The notes: generated by a model from the sequence alone, not told the origin. Numbered from the stretch's first letter, positions 1 to 9,932 are shown. The stretch: DNA of 64,000 bases from Candidatus Woesebacteria bacterium RIFCSPHIGHO2_01_FULL_38_10 (GCA_001792215.1 MGGC01000038.1:3555-67554); one strand, 5' to 3'. Program-made: numbers and translations.

Positions 1-50
1 TTGCCCAGTGTTATTGGAAATAGACCTTTAATTGTTAAAATTATCAAATA

Positions 51-1004
51 ATGTCAAGTAAACTTTCTGTTGGGATTATTGGTTTGACCAATGTTGGAAA
101 ATCGACACTTTTTAATGCACTTGCTTCTCGTCGTCTGGCAGAAACAGCGCCCCGACCTTTTACAACAATTGATCCTCATGAAGCAATTGTTCCTCTGGCT
201 GATCCGAACCTTGAAAAATTAGCTGTAATTGTAAAGTCATCTATAGGTTCAGATCCCAAGATCATACCTGCAACAGTTACTTTTATCGACATTGCTGGAC
301 TTGTTAAAGATGCTCATAAAGGCGAAGGATTGGGAAATAAGTTTCTAGCAAAGATTCGAGAAGTAGATGCACTCATTCATGTTGTAAGGGCATTTGAGGA
401 TGAAAAAGTTAGCCATCAACATCCAACCCATAAAGTCGGATCAATTGACCAAATTATAGAGGATATCGGGATTGTAAATTTAGAGCTTGAGTTGGGAGAT
501 GTTGGAAAAAAGCCGGTAATTTTTGTTTTAAATGTTGAAGAGGGAAAACTGCAAAAGATTGAATTAATGAATCGGTTCATTAATTCAATCAAGGTCAAAT
601 TTGAAGGGAAAGTCATTACAATTTCAGCAAAAATGGAGGAGGAACTTATTGATCTTAATAAGACAGAAAGAATGGAGTATTTAAAAGAGCTTGGTGTAGA
701 AAAAAGTGGTTTGGAAAAGTTAATAGTTTCTGCCTATAAACTTTTGGATCTTTCCACCTTTTATACAATAAAAGGTGGAAAGGAGCTTCATGCCTGGAGT
801 TTGAAGAAAGGGTTGACTGCTTTGGAGGCAGCCGAAAAAGTTCATACAGATTTTGCCAAGAATTTTATTAAAGCTGAGGTTATATCAGTTAACCAGTTAT
901 TGGAAACCGGAAGTTGGAAACCGGCTAAAGAAAATGGTCTAATACACCTGGAGGGAAAAGATTATACTGTTCAAGATAAAGATGTCATCGAGTTCAAAGT
1001 TTGA
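51..1004 (+). CDS. ychF: Ribosome-binding ATPase YchF (Obg-family GTPase)
   Basis: N-terminal G1 motif GIIGLTNVGKSTLFNALA; C-terminal TGS-like end ...DKDVIEFKV as in YchF. Confidence 0.85.
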   Translation: MSSKLSVGIIGLTNVGKSTLFNALASRRLAETAPRPFTTIDPHEAIVPLADPNLEKLAVIVKSSIGSDPKIIPATVTFIDIAGLVKDAHKGEGLGNKFLAKIREVDALIHVVRAFEDEKVSHQHPTHKVGSIDQIIEDIGIVNLELELGDVGKKPVIFVLNVEEGKLQKIELMNRFINSIKVKFEGKVITISAKMEEELIDLNKTERMEYLKELGVEKSGLEKLIVSAYKLLDLSTFYTIKGGKELHAWSLKKGLTALEAAEKVHTDFAKNFIKAEVISVNQLLETGSWKPAKENGLIHLEGKDYTVQDKDVIEFKV

Positions 1005-1099
1005 TCTGGTTAACAAGCTTTTTAAATCTTGTAGGTAAAATTCTTTAATGATATACTCCAACTCGCAAACTTAAGGGTGTGTTGTGTTAAGATGAATAT

Positions 1100-1390
1100 A
1101 TGAATGCTTACGAACTTACAGTTGTTTTACCGGGAAAGATCACCCCCGCAAAGAAAAAGCAAGTTCTAGAAAAAATTGAAAGCCTTATAAAAACCCTAAA
1201 AGGGAAAGTCAAAAAGATTGAAGAGTGGGGGGAAATTGAGCTGGCCTACACAATCAAAAAAAATACAACTGGATTTTTTTTGCACTTTATTTTAGAATTG
1301 GAAAGCAAATCAGGAAAAATACTCAATAGTAAATTTAGACTGGAAGAGGATATAATAAGGTATTTGCTAATTAAAGGAGGGGACTTGTGA
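1100..1390 (+). CDS. rpsF: 30S ribosomal protein S6
   Basis: MNAYELTVVL...EEWGEIELAY matches the S6 N-terminus; classic rpsF-ssb-rpsR order. Confidence 0.85.
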   Translation: MNAYELTVVLPGKITPAKKKQVLEKIESLIKTLKGKVKKIEEWGEIELAYTIKKNTTGFFLHFILELESKSGKILNSKFRLEEDIIRYLLIKGGDL

Positions 1391-2001
1391 CTCGGAGTTT
1401 AAATAAGGTTAGCCTAATAGGAAATCTCACGCGCGATCCGGAGTTAAGATACACTCCCGCAGGAACGGCTGTATGTACATTTGGCCTAGCCACAAATAGA
1501 CAGTGGACAACAGATACTGGTGAAAAAAAAGAGGATGCGGAATTTCACCGTATTGTTGCCTGGAATAAGCTGGCTGAGCTTTGTGCTCAGCTTCTTCATA
1601 AAGGCAGAAAAGTTTACGTTGAAGGAAGACTTCAAACGCGTCGCTGGACTGCTCAGGACGGCACAGACAGGGTGACGACAGAAATCGTTATAAATGACAT
1701 GATCATTTTGGACTCAAGATACGGAGCCACCCCAGAGGAAGATTTTAACATTCCCGAAAGATCGGAAGAGATTCTTAATGATCCAGTAGAAGGGATTAAA
1801 ACAAAAAAATCAACTAAAATAGCCGAAATTAAAAAATCTCCTACAGCTCCATCGAGAGTTTCTTTATCTGACACTAAAACCCAAACTTCGCAAAGTACTG
1901 ACGATTCATCCAAGAAATTCGACGATGGTAAAAAAAGCGATAAAAAGAAAAAGGCAATAAAAGTTTCAGATGAAGAAGAAAGTGAAGACATCCCCTTTTA
2001 A
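1387..2001 (+). CDS. ssb: Single-stranded DNA-binding protein
   Basis: OB-fold N-terminus LNKVSLIGNLTRDPELRYTPAGTAV; acidic C-terminal tail DEEESEDIPF; 4-nt overlap with rpsF. Confidence 0.9.
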   Translation: MTRSLNKVSLIGNLTRDPELRYTPAGTAVCTFGLATNRQWTTDTGEKKEDAEFHRIVAWNKLAELCAQLLHKGRKVYVEGRLQTRRWTAQDGTDRVTTEIVINDMIILDSRYGATPEEDFNIPERSEEILNDPVEGIKTKKSTKIAEIKKSPTAPSRVSLSDTKTQTSQSTDDSSKKFDDGKKSDKKKKAIKVSDEEESEDIPF

Positions 2002-2012
2002 CTTCAAAAGTT

Positions 2013-2243
2013 ATGCTAAAAAAGAGAGAAAAAATAAAAACTCCAGAAAAATGTTTTTTTTGCGAGGAGGCAAAAACCCCTGATTATAAAGATTATAAAA
2101 CACTTAAAAAGTGTCTTTCTGATCGGGCAAAAATTCTCTCTGCCGCAAGAACTGGCGTCTGCAGTAAACACCAAAGAGGATTGTCAAAAGAAATTAAAAG
2201 AGCCAGAAATTTAGGACTTCTTCCTTTTACCCAATCGATATAA
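2013..2243 (+). CDS. rpsR: 30S ribosomal protein S18
   Basis: CFFCEE...DYKDYKTLKKCLSDRAKILSAARTGVCSKHQR is typical S18. Confidence 0.85.
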   Translation: MLKKREKIKTPEKCFFCEEAKTPDYKDYKTLKKCLSDRAKILSAARTGVCSKHQRGLSKEIKRARNLGLLPFTQSI

Positions 2244-2310
2244 TTTTTTTAACCCAAGTCCAATATTTGAATTCTTTACACATCCTTTTCAGAAGTTTAA
2301 AATCATTTGT

Positions 2311-3573
2311 ATGCCAAGAAAAATTTCTTTTCCAAAAATCCCCCTTTTACTTATAAGGAAAACCTTCTTCATAACAATCATTCTTAGTTTTACATTTTCT
2401 CTGGGCTACATTTATGGATATAAAGGCTTTAGAACTTCTTTTAAAAAATTTCCCGAGGTAACAATCACAAGACAAGTTCCTCCGGAAAAACAAACTCTTG
2501 ACTTTTCCCTTTTTTGGAGAGTTTGGGATACTCTTCACGCTCAATATTTCGACAAAGACAAAGTAATTCCCTCAGAACTTATTTACGGGGCAATTAAGGG
2601 AATGGTGGCGGCAATCGGAGACCCTTACACAGCTTTTTTACCACCCAGTGAAAATAAGATAGTTCAAGAAGATTTGCAGGGGAACTTTGAAGGAGTGGGA
2701 ATCCAAATAGGTTTTAAAGGTAACCAGCTTGCAGTCATTTCTCCACTACCATCTTCTCCGGCAGAAAGAGTGGATATCAAAGCCGGAGATTTCATTATTG
2801 GCATAAGAGATGAATTAAAAGCTCTTGACAGAGGAACGGTGGGAATAACTCTCCCTGAAGCTGTACAGGCAATAAGGGGTCCGGCAAACACCAAAGTCAC
2901 GTTCATTCTCCTTAGACAAGGGAATGATCAGCCTTTTGAAGTCCAAGTCACCAGGGAAAAAATTAATATCCCCAGCATCGTTCTTGGGTATATTAACACC
3001 AATAAATACATTGCCCACTTGAAAATTCTTAAATTTTCAGGAGAAACCATAAATGAGTGGGGCGAGACCGTGATTGCACTTTTGAAAAATTCCGAATTGA
3101 AGGGAGTTGTCATCGATGTCAGAAATAATCCCGGAGGTATTTTAGATGATGCAGTGGAACTGGCATCGGACTTTCTAAATGTTGGCGACGTTGTAGTAAT
3201 TGAGGAAGATGGTAGTGATCAAAGGAGCGAAACCAGAGTTGAAAAACTGGGAAGGTTAAAAAATCTCAAGCTTGTCGTTCTTATTAATCAAGGATCCGCC
3301 TCCGCCTCTGAAATACTGGCAGGAACTTTAAGGGACAATAAAAATGTAAAGCTTGTAGGCGAAACAAGCTTCGGAAAAGGAACCATTCAGGAGGCACAAC
3401 AAATTAATGGTGATAGCGGTCTGCATATAACCACCGCCAGATGGTTAACTCCCAAAGGTTTGTGGGTTAATGACGGAGGCTTGAAACCTGATATAGAAAT
3501 AGAAGATAATGAAGAAACAGAGCAAGATGAACAGCTTGACAAAGCAATCGAGCTTTTAAATTCAGAATTATAA
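2311..3573 (+). CDS. Carboxyl-terminal processing protease (S41 family) with PDZ domain
   Basis: PDZ-like GVGIQIGFKGNQLAVISPL...AGDFIIGI; S41 core VVLINQGSASASEILAGTLRD...GETSFGKG; N-terminal TM anchor. Confidence 0.8.
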   Translation: MPRKISFPKIPLLLIRKTFFITIILSFTFSLGYIYGYKGFRTSFKKFPEVTITRQVPPEKQTLDFSLFWRVWDTLHAQYFDKDKVIPSELIYGAIKGMVAAIGDPYTAFLPPSENKIVQEDLQGNFEGVGIQIGFKGNQLAVISPLPSSPAERVDIKAGDFIIGIRDELKALDRGTVGITLPEAVQAIRGPANTKVTFILLRQGNDQPFEVQVTREKINIPSIVLGYINTNKYIAHLKILKFSGETINEWGETVIALLKNSELKGVVIDVRNNPGGILDDAVELASDFLNVGDVVVIEEDGSDQRSETRVEKLGRLKNLKLVVLINQGSASASEILAGTLRDNKNVKLVGETSFGKGTIQEAQQINGDSGLHITTARWLTPKGLWVNDGGLKPDIEIEDNEETEQDEQLDKAIELLNSEL

Positions 3574-3601
3574 AATATCGAGGGTTAAAAGCCCTCGGTA
3601 A

Positions 3602-4834
3602 TTGCGAATGCTTGAAATAAATTCGAAACAGAAAAAAGAACCTTTAAAGGATGGTGTTTTTGGGTTTATGAGGATTATGAAAGCTTTTGATCGAAAAGTA
3701 TTTTTGCTTGGTTTGGCGGCAGGAGTTGTCATCCTTGTTTCTGCTCTTGGTGGAGCAGTTGCTGACCGGCTTTTTACAATTAAACCCTTGGATTATTTTG
3801 CCAAAAGAAACGCTGACAACCTCGCTAGTGGTACAATTGAGCGAAAGGTATTAACCGAAGAATCGGTAGTGATTGATGTAGCTGAGAAAGTATCTCCATC
3901 AGTTGTAACTGTTTCAATCCAAATCCCCAAAAGAAGAATATTAGAATTCAATCCCTTCGGCGGATTTAGATCAAGAATTGAAGGCGGACAACCTCAGGAT
4001 ATCGGAACTGGATTTATTGTTGGCGGAGAGGGGTTAATTGTCACCAATAAGCATGTTGTCTCGGATACTTTAGCCTCCTACAAGGTAGTTACCAATGACG
4101 ATAAAGAGTTCGAAGTCAAAAAGATCAGTCGTGACCCTTCTAACGATCTGGCAGTTTTGAAAATTGAAGCAAAAGGGTTAAAAGCTTTGGAACTCGGGGA
4201 TTCAAATAGTCTTAAGGTTGGCCAGTTTGTTATCGCTATTGGTACTGCCTTGGGAGAATTCAGACACACAGTAACAACCGGGGTCATTTCGGGGCTTGGT
4301 CGAGGAATAACTGCAGGCTCGGTCTTTGAAGGATATGTTGAACGCCTGGATGATGTGATTCAAACCGATGCCGCAATTAATCCGGGAAATTCAGGCGGAC
4401 CCCTTCTTAATTCTTTAGGTCAGGTTATCGGAGTCAATGTTGCGGTTGCCCAAGGAGCTGAAAATATCGGCTTTGCCATACCCATCAATATTGTCAAGGA
4501 AGCCTTAGAATCATTCGGCAAAACCGGAAGTTTCGCTTCTAAACCTTATCTGGGGGTTGAATATCAGATGATTTCCAAGGATAGCGCAATATTAAATGAC
4601 GTTGCCCAGGGAGCCTATGTTGTAAATGTTGTTTCAAGATCTCCGGCTGAAACTGCCGGCATTAAGGAGGCAGATATTATCACAAAACTTGATGGCGAAA
4701 ATGTTAATGAGGAAAAAGGAGGGTTGGCTGAACTAATTTCCAAGAAAAAAGTAGGACAGGTTGTCTCCATAGAGGTTTGGCGGGACGGAGAAACTCTTCA
4801 ACTCTCCGCAACCCTTTCTGAGTTTAAAGAGTAA
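3602..4834 (+). CDS. htrA: HtrA/DegP-family trypsin-like serine protease with C-terminal PDZ
   Basis: GTGFIVGGEGLIVTNKHVV (His region), DLAVLKI (Asp), INPGNSGGPLLN (Ser), C-terminal PDZ; N-terminal TM. The track start may be too far upstream, since a hairpin overlaps 3587-3605. Confidence 0.8.
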   Translation: MRMLEINSKQKKEPLKDGVFGFMRIMKAFDRKVFLLGLAAGVVILVSALGGAVADRLFTIKPLDYFAKRNADNLASGTIERKVLTEESVVIDVAEKVSPSVVTVSIQIPKRRILEFNPFGGFRSRIEGGQPQDIGTGFIVGGEGLIVTNKHVVSDTLASYKVVTNDDKEFEVKKISRDPSNDLAVLKIEAKGLKALELGDSNSLKVGQFVIAIGTALGEFRHTVTTGVISGLGRGITAGSVFEGYVERLDDVIQTDAAINPGNSGGPLLNSLGQVIGVNVAVAQGAENIGFAIPINIVKEALESFGKTGSFASKPYLGVEYQMISKDSAILNDVAQGAYVVNVVSRSPAETAGIKEADIITKLDGENVNEEKGGLAELISKKKVGQVVSIEVWRDGETLQLSATLSEFKE

Positions 4835-4835
4835 A

Positions 4836-5882
4836 ATGAAAAAGGCACTTCTGTCGGTAGTAGTTTTAATCTTAATTTTAATATCAGGATTTATTGGTCT
4901 TACCATCGGGAAAAAAACTTCCAAAAAAACCGATACGCAAGAAATCAGATTCAAGCCTCTTGAAAAATACACCATCGAAAATCTTTCCCAAACCGATATC
5001 AAACCTGGAAAGCTTGAAATTAAAGATGTAATGGAAGAAGGAGAAAATTACGTTTCTTACCTTTTTCAACTTACCTTTAACCCAAACCTGGATGGAAAAA
5101 CCTTTAAAAAAATAACCGGACAGATAAATCTGCCCGGACCATCCACAATTCGTAAAGGATCTGAAATGAAAAAGTCAAAGGAAAAATTTCCCATAATTGT
5201 CATGTTTAGGGGCTATATTGACCAGACAAAGTACAAAACAGGTGACGGAACAAGAAATGCAGCTGACTTTTTTGCCAAAAACGCACTCATTACAATAGCT
5301 CCCGATTTTTTGGGATATGCAGGTTCAGATAAAGAAGTAGGTAATATATTTGAAGCTAGGTTTCAAACTTATACAACCTCCCTTTCCTTAATTAAATCTT
5401 TAGACCAGATAGTTGAGTGGAACAATAAAGACATTTTTCTTTGGGGACATTCCAACGGCGGACAAATTGCCCTAACTATTCTAGAGATATTAGGCGAAAG
5501 ACTGCCAACAACTCTCTGGGCGCCGGTTTCCAAGCCTTTTCCTTACTCTGTCCTTTTCTTCACTGACGCATCAGATGACCGAGGGAAACTAATCAGATAT
5601 GAACTTTCGGAATTTGAAAAAAAATATGAGGTAGAACTCTACTCTCTGACAAACTATCTGGAAAAGATAAACTCTCCCTTACAAATCCATCAGGGAGAAA
5701 GTGACGATGCTGTTCCCAAAAAGTGGAGCGATGAACTTTCGGAAAAGTTAAAAACTCTCAATAAAAATTTCAAATATTATCTCTATCCTGACACTGATCA
5801 TAATATGTTCCCTGTATGGAATGATGTTGTTTCAAGAGATTTGGAATTTTTCAAGCTGAACGGGAAGTTTCCCAATCTTTAG
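4836..5882 (+). CDS. Membrane-anchored alpha/beta hydrolase (dienelactone hydrolase/S9-like)
   Basis: Nucleophile elbow FLWGHSNGGQIAL, downstream acidic HQGESDDAVP and C-terminal DTDHNMF (candidate triad); N-terminal signal-anchor. Confidence 0.55.
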   Translation: MKKALLSVVVLILILISGFIGLTIGKKTSKKTDTQEIRFKPLEKYTIENLSQTDIKPGKLEIKDVMEEGENYVSYLFQLTFNPNLDGKTFKKITGQINLPGPSTIRKGSEMKKSKEKFPIIVMFRGYIDQTKYKTGDGTRNAADFFAKNALITIAPDFLGYAGSDKEVGNIFEARFQTYTTSLSLIKSLDQIVEWNNKDIFLWGHSNGGQIALTILEILGERLPTTLWAPVSKPFPYSVLFFTDASDDRGKLIRYELSEFEKKYEVELYSLTNYLEKINSPLQIHQGESDDAVPKKWSDELSEKLKTLNKNFKYYLYPDTDHNMFPVWNDVVSRDLEFFKLNGKFPNL

Positions 5883-5929
5883 TTTTTGCATATTTGACAG
5901 AGAGACTAACTTTAGTTCATTATTAAATT

Positions 5930-6274
5930 ATGAAATTAATAGTCACTATATCTCTTAATGTCCTTACTTTAATGATCGTATCCTACCTCGTGCCGGGGTT
6001 CAGGTTTGACAGCCTTTGGGCCACAATTGTAACCGCCATCGTAATTGGAGTGACCAATACATTCATAAAACCTATTTTAAAAATTATTTTCCTTCCTCTA
6101 ACGATTATTACCCTGGGTGTAAGTTCTTTTTTAATCAATGTAGTTTTACTTTGGGCAGTAAGTTTTATGGTTCCGGGATTTGAAATAGAGGGATTTTTAA
6201 CAGCAGTCATTGCTTCAATAGTGCTCTCTTTAGTTAGCACTTTTCTTCACAAACTGGCTGAGGAAAAAGGTTGA
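5930..6274 (+). CDS. Small 4-TM membrane protein, DUF360/phage-holin-4-like
   Basis: 114 aa, four hydrophobic helices, with VPGFRFD and VPGFEIEGF internal repeats typical of the YvlD/DUF360 family. Confidence 0.5.
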   Translation: MKLIVTISLNVLTLMIVSYLVPGFRFDSLWATIVTAIVIGVTNTFIKPILKIIFLPLTIITLGVSSFLINVVLLWAVSFMVPGFEIEGFLTAVIASIVLSLVSTFLHKLAEEKG

Positions 6275-6539
6275 GTTTAGCTGTATAATAGGGTAATGTA
6301 TGAAAAAATTCATCAAGAAAAAATCAAGTTCCTTAAGTCCAAATGCTTCAGGACCAAAATTTAGAACTCCGGATCATTTCAAAGGACGTAAATTCGGTAA
6401 ATCTTCTACTGCTACCACCAGATTTAACCCGGCAAAATTTAGAATCCAACACAAAGGATAACTTTTCTTTCCGTTTAAAATTTTCAATTTACTCTAAACT
6501 AAGTTATAATGCCCCATACACGTACCAATTCGAGTTCTT

Positions 6540-7424
6540 ATGCCCAAAGTAAAATCGGCAAAATCAGTAATCGCCAAAAGCGATGAGGGAACTATTCAAG
6601 TAACCTTTACAATCCCTTTTGAAAAAATTAAAAAAACAAAAAACCTTGTTGCCCAAGAACTTGGAAAAGGAATCCAAATTCCCGGCTTCAGAAAGGGAAA
6701 AGCGCCTCTATCCAAACTTTTAAATCATATTTCCAAAAATACACTTCTTGAAAAAACATTATCGAAACTTCTACCTGAACTTTACTCAGAAATAATTGAT
6801 AAAGAAAAGTTAAAACCAATTGTCCTCCCCAAATTCGAAGTTATAAAAGCAAATGATAATGAAGACTGGGAAATAAGAGCAACTACATGTGAACTACCTG
6901 AATTTGACTTGAATGATTATAAAAGTCAGGTTCAAGGGGCTTTAAGAGCCAAAAGTCTTTGGACCCCCGGAAAAACAGAAGCAAAAAGCCCTAATAAACC
7001 CTTAACTAGAGAGGAAAAAGAGCAGGAAGTAATAAAAACCTTACTTTCTTCGATAAAGATTAGTATTCCCAAAATCCTAATTGACAATGAAGTAGACTCA
7101 AGACTGGCAAAATTCTTACAAAGATTGGAAAGACTGGGTTTGAGTTTAGAATCCTATCTTTCGTCCGTAGGAAAAACCGCAAAAACCATAAGAGAAGAAT
7201 ATGAAAGACAAGCCAGAGAGGCAATTAGTCTTGATTTGATACTAACAAAAATCTCAAAAATAGAAAAAATTGAAGTTAAGAAAGAAAAAATTGATGAAGC
7301 GATAAAAGCAGCAAACGCCGACAGAAAACTGGCTGAAAAACTTGATACTCCTGAACAAAGAAGACTAATTGAGCTGGTCTTAAAAAAAAGGTCAGCACTT
7401 GAATCTTTGGTCGAAGCGATTTGA
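6540..7424 (+). CDS. tig: Trigger factor (short form, no recognisable PPIase domain)
   Basis: TF signature GKGIQIPGFRKGKAPLSKL in the N-terminal ribosome-binding domain; only 294 aa. Confidence 0.75.
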   Translation: MPKVKSAKSVIAKSDEGTIQVTFTIPFEKIKKTKNLVAQELGKGIQIPGFRKGKAPLSKLLNHISKNTLLEKTLSKLLPELYSEIIDKEKLKPIVLPKFEVIKANDNEDWEIRATTCELPEFDLNDYKSQVQGALRAKSLWTPGKTEAKSPNKPLTREEKEQEVIKTLLSSIKISIPKILIDNEVDSRLAKFLQRLERLGLSLESYLSSVGKTAKTIREEYERQAREAISLDLILTKISKIEKIEVKKEKIDEAIKAANADRKLAEKLDTPEQRRLIELVLKKRSALESLVEAI

Positions 7425-7483
7425 ATTCATACTTGCCAAAACCAGTCACTTCTTGGTATAATTCGCCCAAATTAGCCTTTTCC

Positions 7484-8125
7484 ATGAATAAAACCAGTAA
7501 AAATCCAAAACAGCAAAAAGTTGATAAATCAAATAGCCTGGAAGTTTTAAATGAACTTGAAAGTATAGGTAAGTCAGTATCTAAGCAAATACTAGCGGAA
7601 GCAAAAAGTATTCCAGGCGAATTTGTAGATCAGCTCTTTGGAGTAAACTCACAAGCTAAATACTCAGGAGAAATTTCTCCGGGGGAAGCGGTTGAATTCA
7701 GTGAAATTTGGGATAACCAACAGCAGGAAAGAAAAAGGGCGGGAATACAAATTAGATTAGAACGAAAATTCCTAGAAGAAGAAAGAATAAGAGTTGAAAG
7801 AAAAACCAATGAACTAAAAATTGAACTTAAACTTATTCAGGAAGAACTTTTAGTTTTAGCTGAAAATACGCAAGGTCTTGCTGAAGAAACTCAGATCGCC
7901 GCAATGCAGTCTCCTATCGAGCCGGGTCTCTACCACGTCATCTTTTTCGAAAAACTGCTTGAGTTCATTAAATCCTTTGTCAAAAAAGTTGAAGAAGCCT
8001 CGGTTTGGCTACATGCACTTAATAAACGATCCGCCAAGAAAAATGTTTGGGGTGCAAATTATAAAAAATTCGGTGCAAAATATCTTCTTTCCGGAGAGCA
8101 CTACCTGCAAAGATCAGCGGGGTAA
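7484..8125 (+). CDS. Hypothetical coiled-coil protein
   Basis: Track ORF 7421 starts on TTG overlapping the tig stop; first ATG at 7484 (MNKTSKNPKQQ). Charged coiled-coil centre ERKRAGIQIRLERKFLEEERIRVERKTNELKIELKLIQEEL. Confidence 0.45.
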   Translation: MNKTSKNPKQQKVDKSNSLEVLNELESIGKSVSKQILAEAKSIPGEFVDQLFGVNSQAKYSGEISPGEAVEFSEIWDNQQQERKRAGIQIRLERKFLEEERIRVERKTNELKIELKLIQEELLVLAENTQGLAEETQIAAMQSPIEPGLYHVIFFEKLLEFIKSFVKKVEEASVWLHALNKRSAKKNVWGANYKKFGAKYLLSGEHYLQRSAG

Positions 8126-8128
8126 AAA

Positions 8129-8350
8129 ATGAGTAATCAAGAAATACCTAAGGTTCTCTGTCCTAAAGGTTCAGCCTTTGAAGGAATACCCTGCTTGTAT
8201 CCTGAAGGCTGTAGGCACGGGTGTGAAAGGCTAGCAAGAGTATTAGAAACAATAGAATCAAAAAATCCCGGACAACAAATAAGACAAATGCAAAGAAGGA
8301 TTTTAGAAAGGGTTAAAAAACCAAAAGAAGGCGGGACTAAGGCCGAATGA
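8129..8350 (+). CDS. Hypothetical small Cys-containing protein
   Basis: 73 aa with 4 Cys (CPKG...C...C..GC), starts 4 nt after the previous stop; the antisense ORF 8137-8463 looks like noise. Confidence 0.25.
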   Translation: MSNQEIPKVLCPKGSAFEGIPCLYPEGCRHGCERLARVLETIESKNPGQQIRQMQRRILERVKKPKEGGTKAE

Positions 8351-8392
8351 ACTCTTTTTACTTTTCTCCAAGCATCAGTTAAAATAACTCCA

Positions 8393-9760
8393 ATGACTGA
8401 ACAGAACCTTCTTGGTCCGCTTTTACATATTCTCAAAATCCCCAGTGTTTCAACCCAGGACAAACATCTTCCTGAAATGAAAAAGGCAAGAGACTATCTT
8501 GTTAACCTTTTTCAATCAATAGGTTTTAAAACAAAAATTTTAAAAGGCAAAAGGCACGATGCAGTTTTCGCAGAACTTACAACTAACAACCGGCCGGCAG
8601 GCCGGCATGGCCGACAACCTACAACTTTAATATACGGTCACTACGACGTCCAACCTCCTGATCCGATGGGGGAATGGAAGACACCTCCCTTTGAACCAAC
8701 GATCAAACAGGGAAAAATTTACGGCCGGGGAACAACAGACCAGAAAGGCCAATTAATGATTCATATCATGGCTGTTAAAAAACTTTTAAAATCTCGCCCG
8801 AGAGGTGTGAACTTCAAGTTCATTATCGAAGGAGAAGAAGAAATCGGTTCGGTAAGTGTTGAAGAAATTGTCAAAAAATATAAAGATTTATTAAAAGCCG
8901 ACTACTTGGTTGTTTCAGATTCACAAATGCCTGAAGAAGATCAACCTTCGATAGACGTGTCTTTGCGGGGACTTTTATACACCGAAGTAAAAATCCAAAC
9001 CGCAAAACACGATCTCCATTCGGGGCAATTCGGAGGTGCTGCCGAAAATCCCGCAAATCTACTTGCTCATATTATTGCAAAACTCAAAGACGAAAACGGT
9101 AAAATCCTGATTCCTAATTTTTACAAAAACGTTATGAAACCAACCAAAGAAGAACTTAAGGCCTACAAATCATCCGGATTAACAACATCCAAAGTTAAAA
9201 AAGAAGGCGGACTTTATCTTATTGGAGGAGGGGAAAGTGAGCTAAACATGGTCGATCGGATGTGGACCCGACCTACTCTTGATATTAACGGAATATGGTC
9301 CGGTTACACTAATGAGGGAGCAAAAACCATAATTCCAGCTAAAGCCTCAGCCAAAATTTCTATGCGACTTGTACCTAATCAAAATCCTGGCAAAATTTTT
9401 ACAAATTTTGAAGAATATATCAAGAAATTAACTCCTGAGGGGGCAAAAATTACTATTAAAAGACACGCCGATTGCCTGCCTTACAAAGCACCAACTGATG
9501 ATCCAGTCTTTAGTTTAATCAAACAAAGTCTCAAAAAAGCATTTGGGAAATATCCGGTTTTTACCGCGGTCGGGGGATCAGTCGGTTTCGTACCGATAGT
9601 CGCAAGAGAATTAAATATACCCTGCATTTTAGTTGGTTTCGGACTCCCAACGGACAATCTCCACGCACCCAACGAGCACTTTAGTCTATCAAACTACTAT
9701 AAAGGGATAGAGACGATGGAAGATTTTTATTTGAATCTTGACAAAATAGAGGTAAGTTAA
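8393..9760 (+). CDS. M20A-family metallodipeptidase (CNDP/DUG1-like)
   Basis: LIYGHYDVQPPDPMGEWKTPPFEP...GKIYGRGTTDQKG metal-binding block; ~455 aa with dimerisation domain, as in carnosinase/Cys-Gly dipeptidase-type M20A enzymes. Confidence 0.8.
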   Translation: MTEQNLLGPLLHILKIPSVSTQDKHLPEMKKARDYLVNLFQSIGFKTKILKGKRHDAVFAELTTNNRPAGRHGRQPTTLIYGHYDVQPPDPMGEWKTPPFEPTIKQGKIYGRGTTDQKGQLMIHIMAVKKLLKSRPRGVNFKFIIEGEEEIGSVSVEEIVKKYKDLLKADYLVVSDSQMPEEDQPSIDVSLRGLLYTEVKIQTAKHDLHSGQFGGAAENPANLLAHIIAKLKDENGKILIPNFYKNVMKPTKEELKAYKSSGLTTSKVKKEGGLYLIGGGESELNMVDRMWTRPTLDINGIWSGYTNEGAKTIIPAKASAKISMRLVPNQNPGKIFTNFEEYIKKLTPEGAKITIKRHADCLPYKAPTDDPVFSLIKQSLKKAFGKYPVFTAVGGSVGFVPIVARELNIPCILVGFGLPTDNLHAPNEHFSLSNYYKGIETMEDFYLNLDKIEVS

Positions 9761-9892
9761 ATAAAATATCACAAATTCATGACAATTATATCCCTTATCC
9801 TCGTTAACTTTGTCCTCTTTATTGAGGGCTAACTGACGTGGTGAGGGATAGATAACTAACAACCAACAACTAATAACTAACAACCAAAAACA

Positions 9893-9915
9893 CCTCTCAC
9901 CACGAGAGGTTTTTT
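9893..9915 (+). terminator. Rho-independent terminator after the M20A gene
   Basis: CCTCTC-ACCAC-GAGAGG perfect 6-bp stem followed by TTTTTT. Confidence 0.6.
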
Positions 9916-9932
9916 CATTTTTATATACGAAT

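Noticed and set aside
1653-1991. 112-aa minus-strand ORF inside ssb, and similar antisense ORFs in other genes (2347-3113 in the S41 protease gene, 4078-4287 in htrA, 16152-17014 in thrS, 23160-24305 in the PBP gene, 41127-42120 in pilT/pilB, 46911-47342 in hppA, 51797-53011 in gyrA, 58978-59604 and 60022-61383 in membrane protein genes)
   Set aside because: Each is fully embedded antisense to a well-supported gene and has low-complexity or Ser/Leu-rich translations. These are typical shadow ORFs.
3587-3605. Hairpin CGAGGG-TTAAAAG-CCCTCG after the S41 protease gene as a terminator
   Set aside because: It has no clear T-run and overlaps the called htrA start. It is noted in the htrA evidence but not called as a terminator.
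6343-6552. 69-aa ORF upstream of tig
   Set aside because: It has no start context and low-complexity sequence, and it overlaps the tig start. It is probably 5' UTR.
8137-8463. 108-aa minus-strand ORF overlapping the small plus-strand ORF 8129-8350
   Set aside because: It is Cys/Leu-rich, runs into the M20 gene start and lacks an RBS. The plus-strand ORF that abuts the upstream stop is the better, though still weak, candidate.
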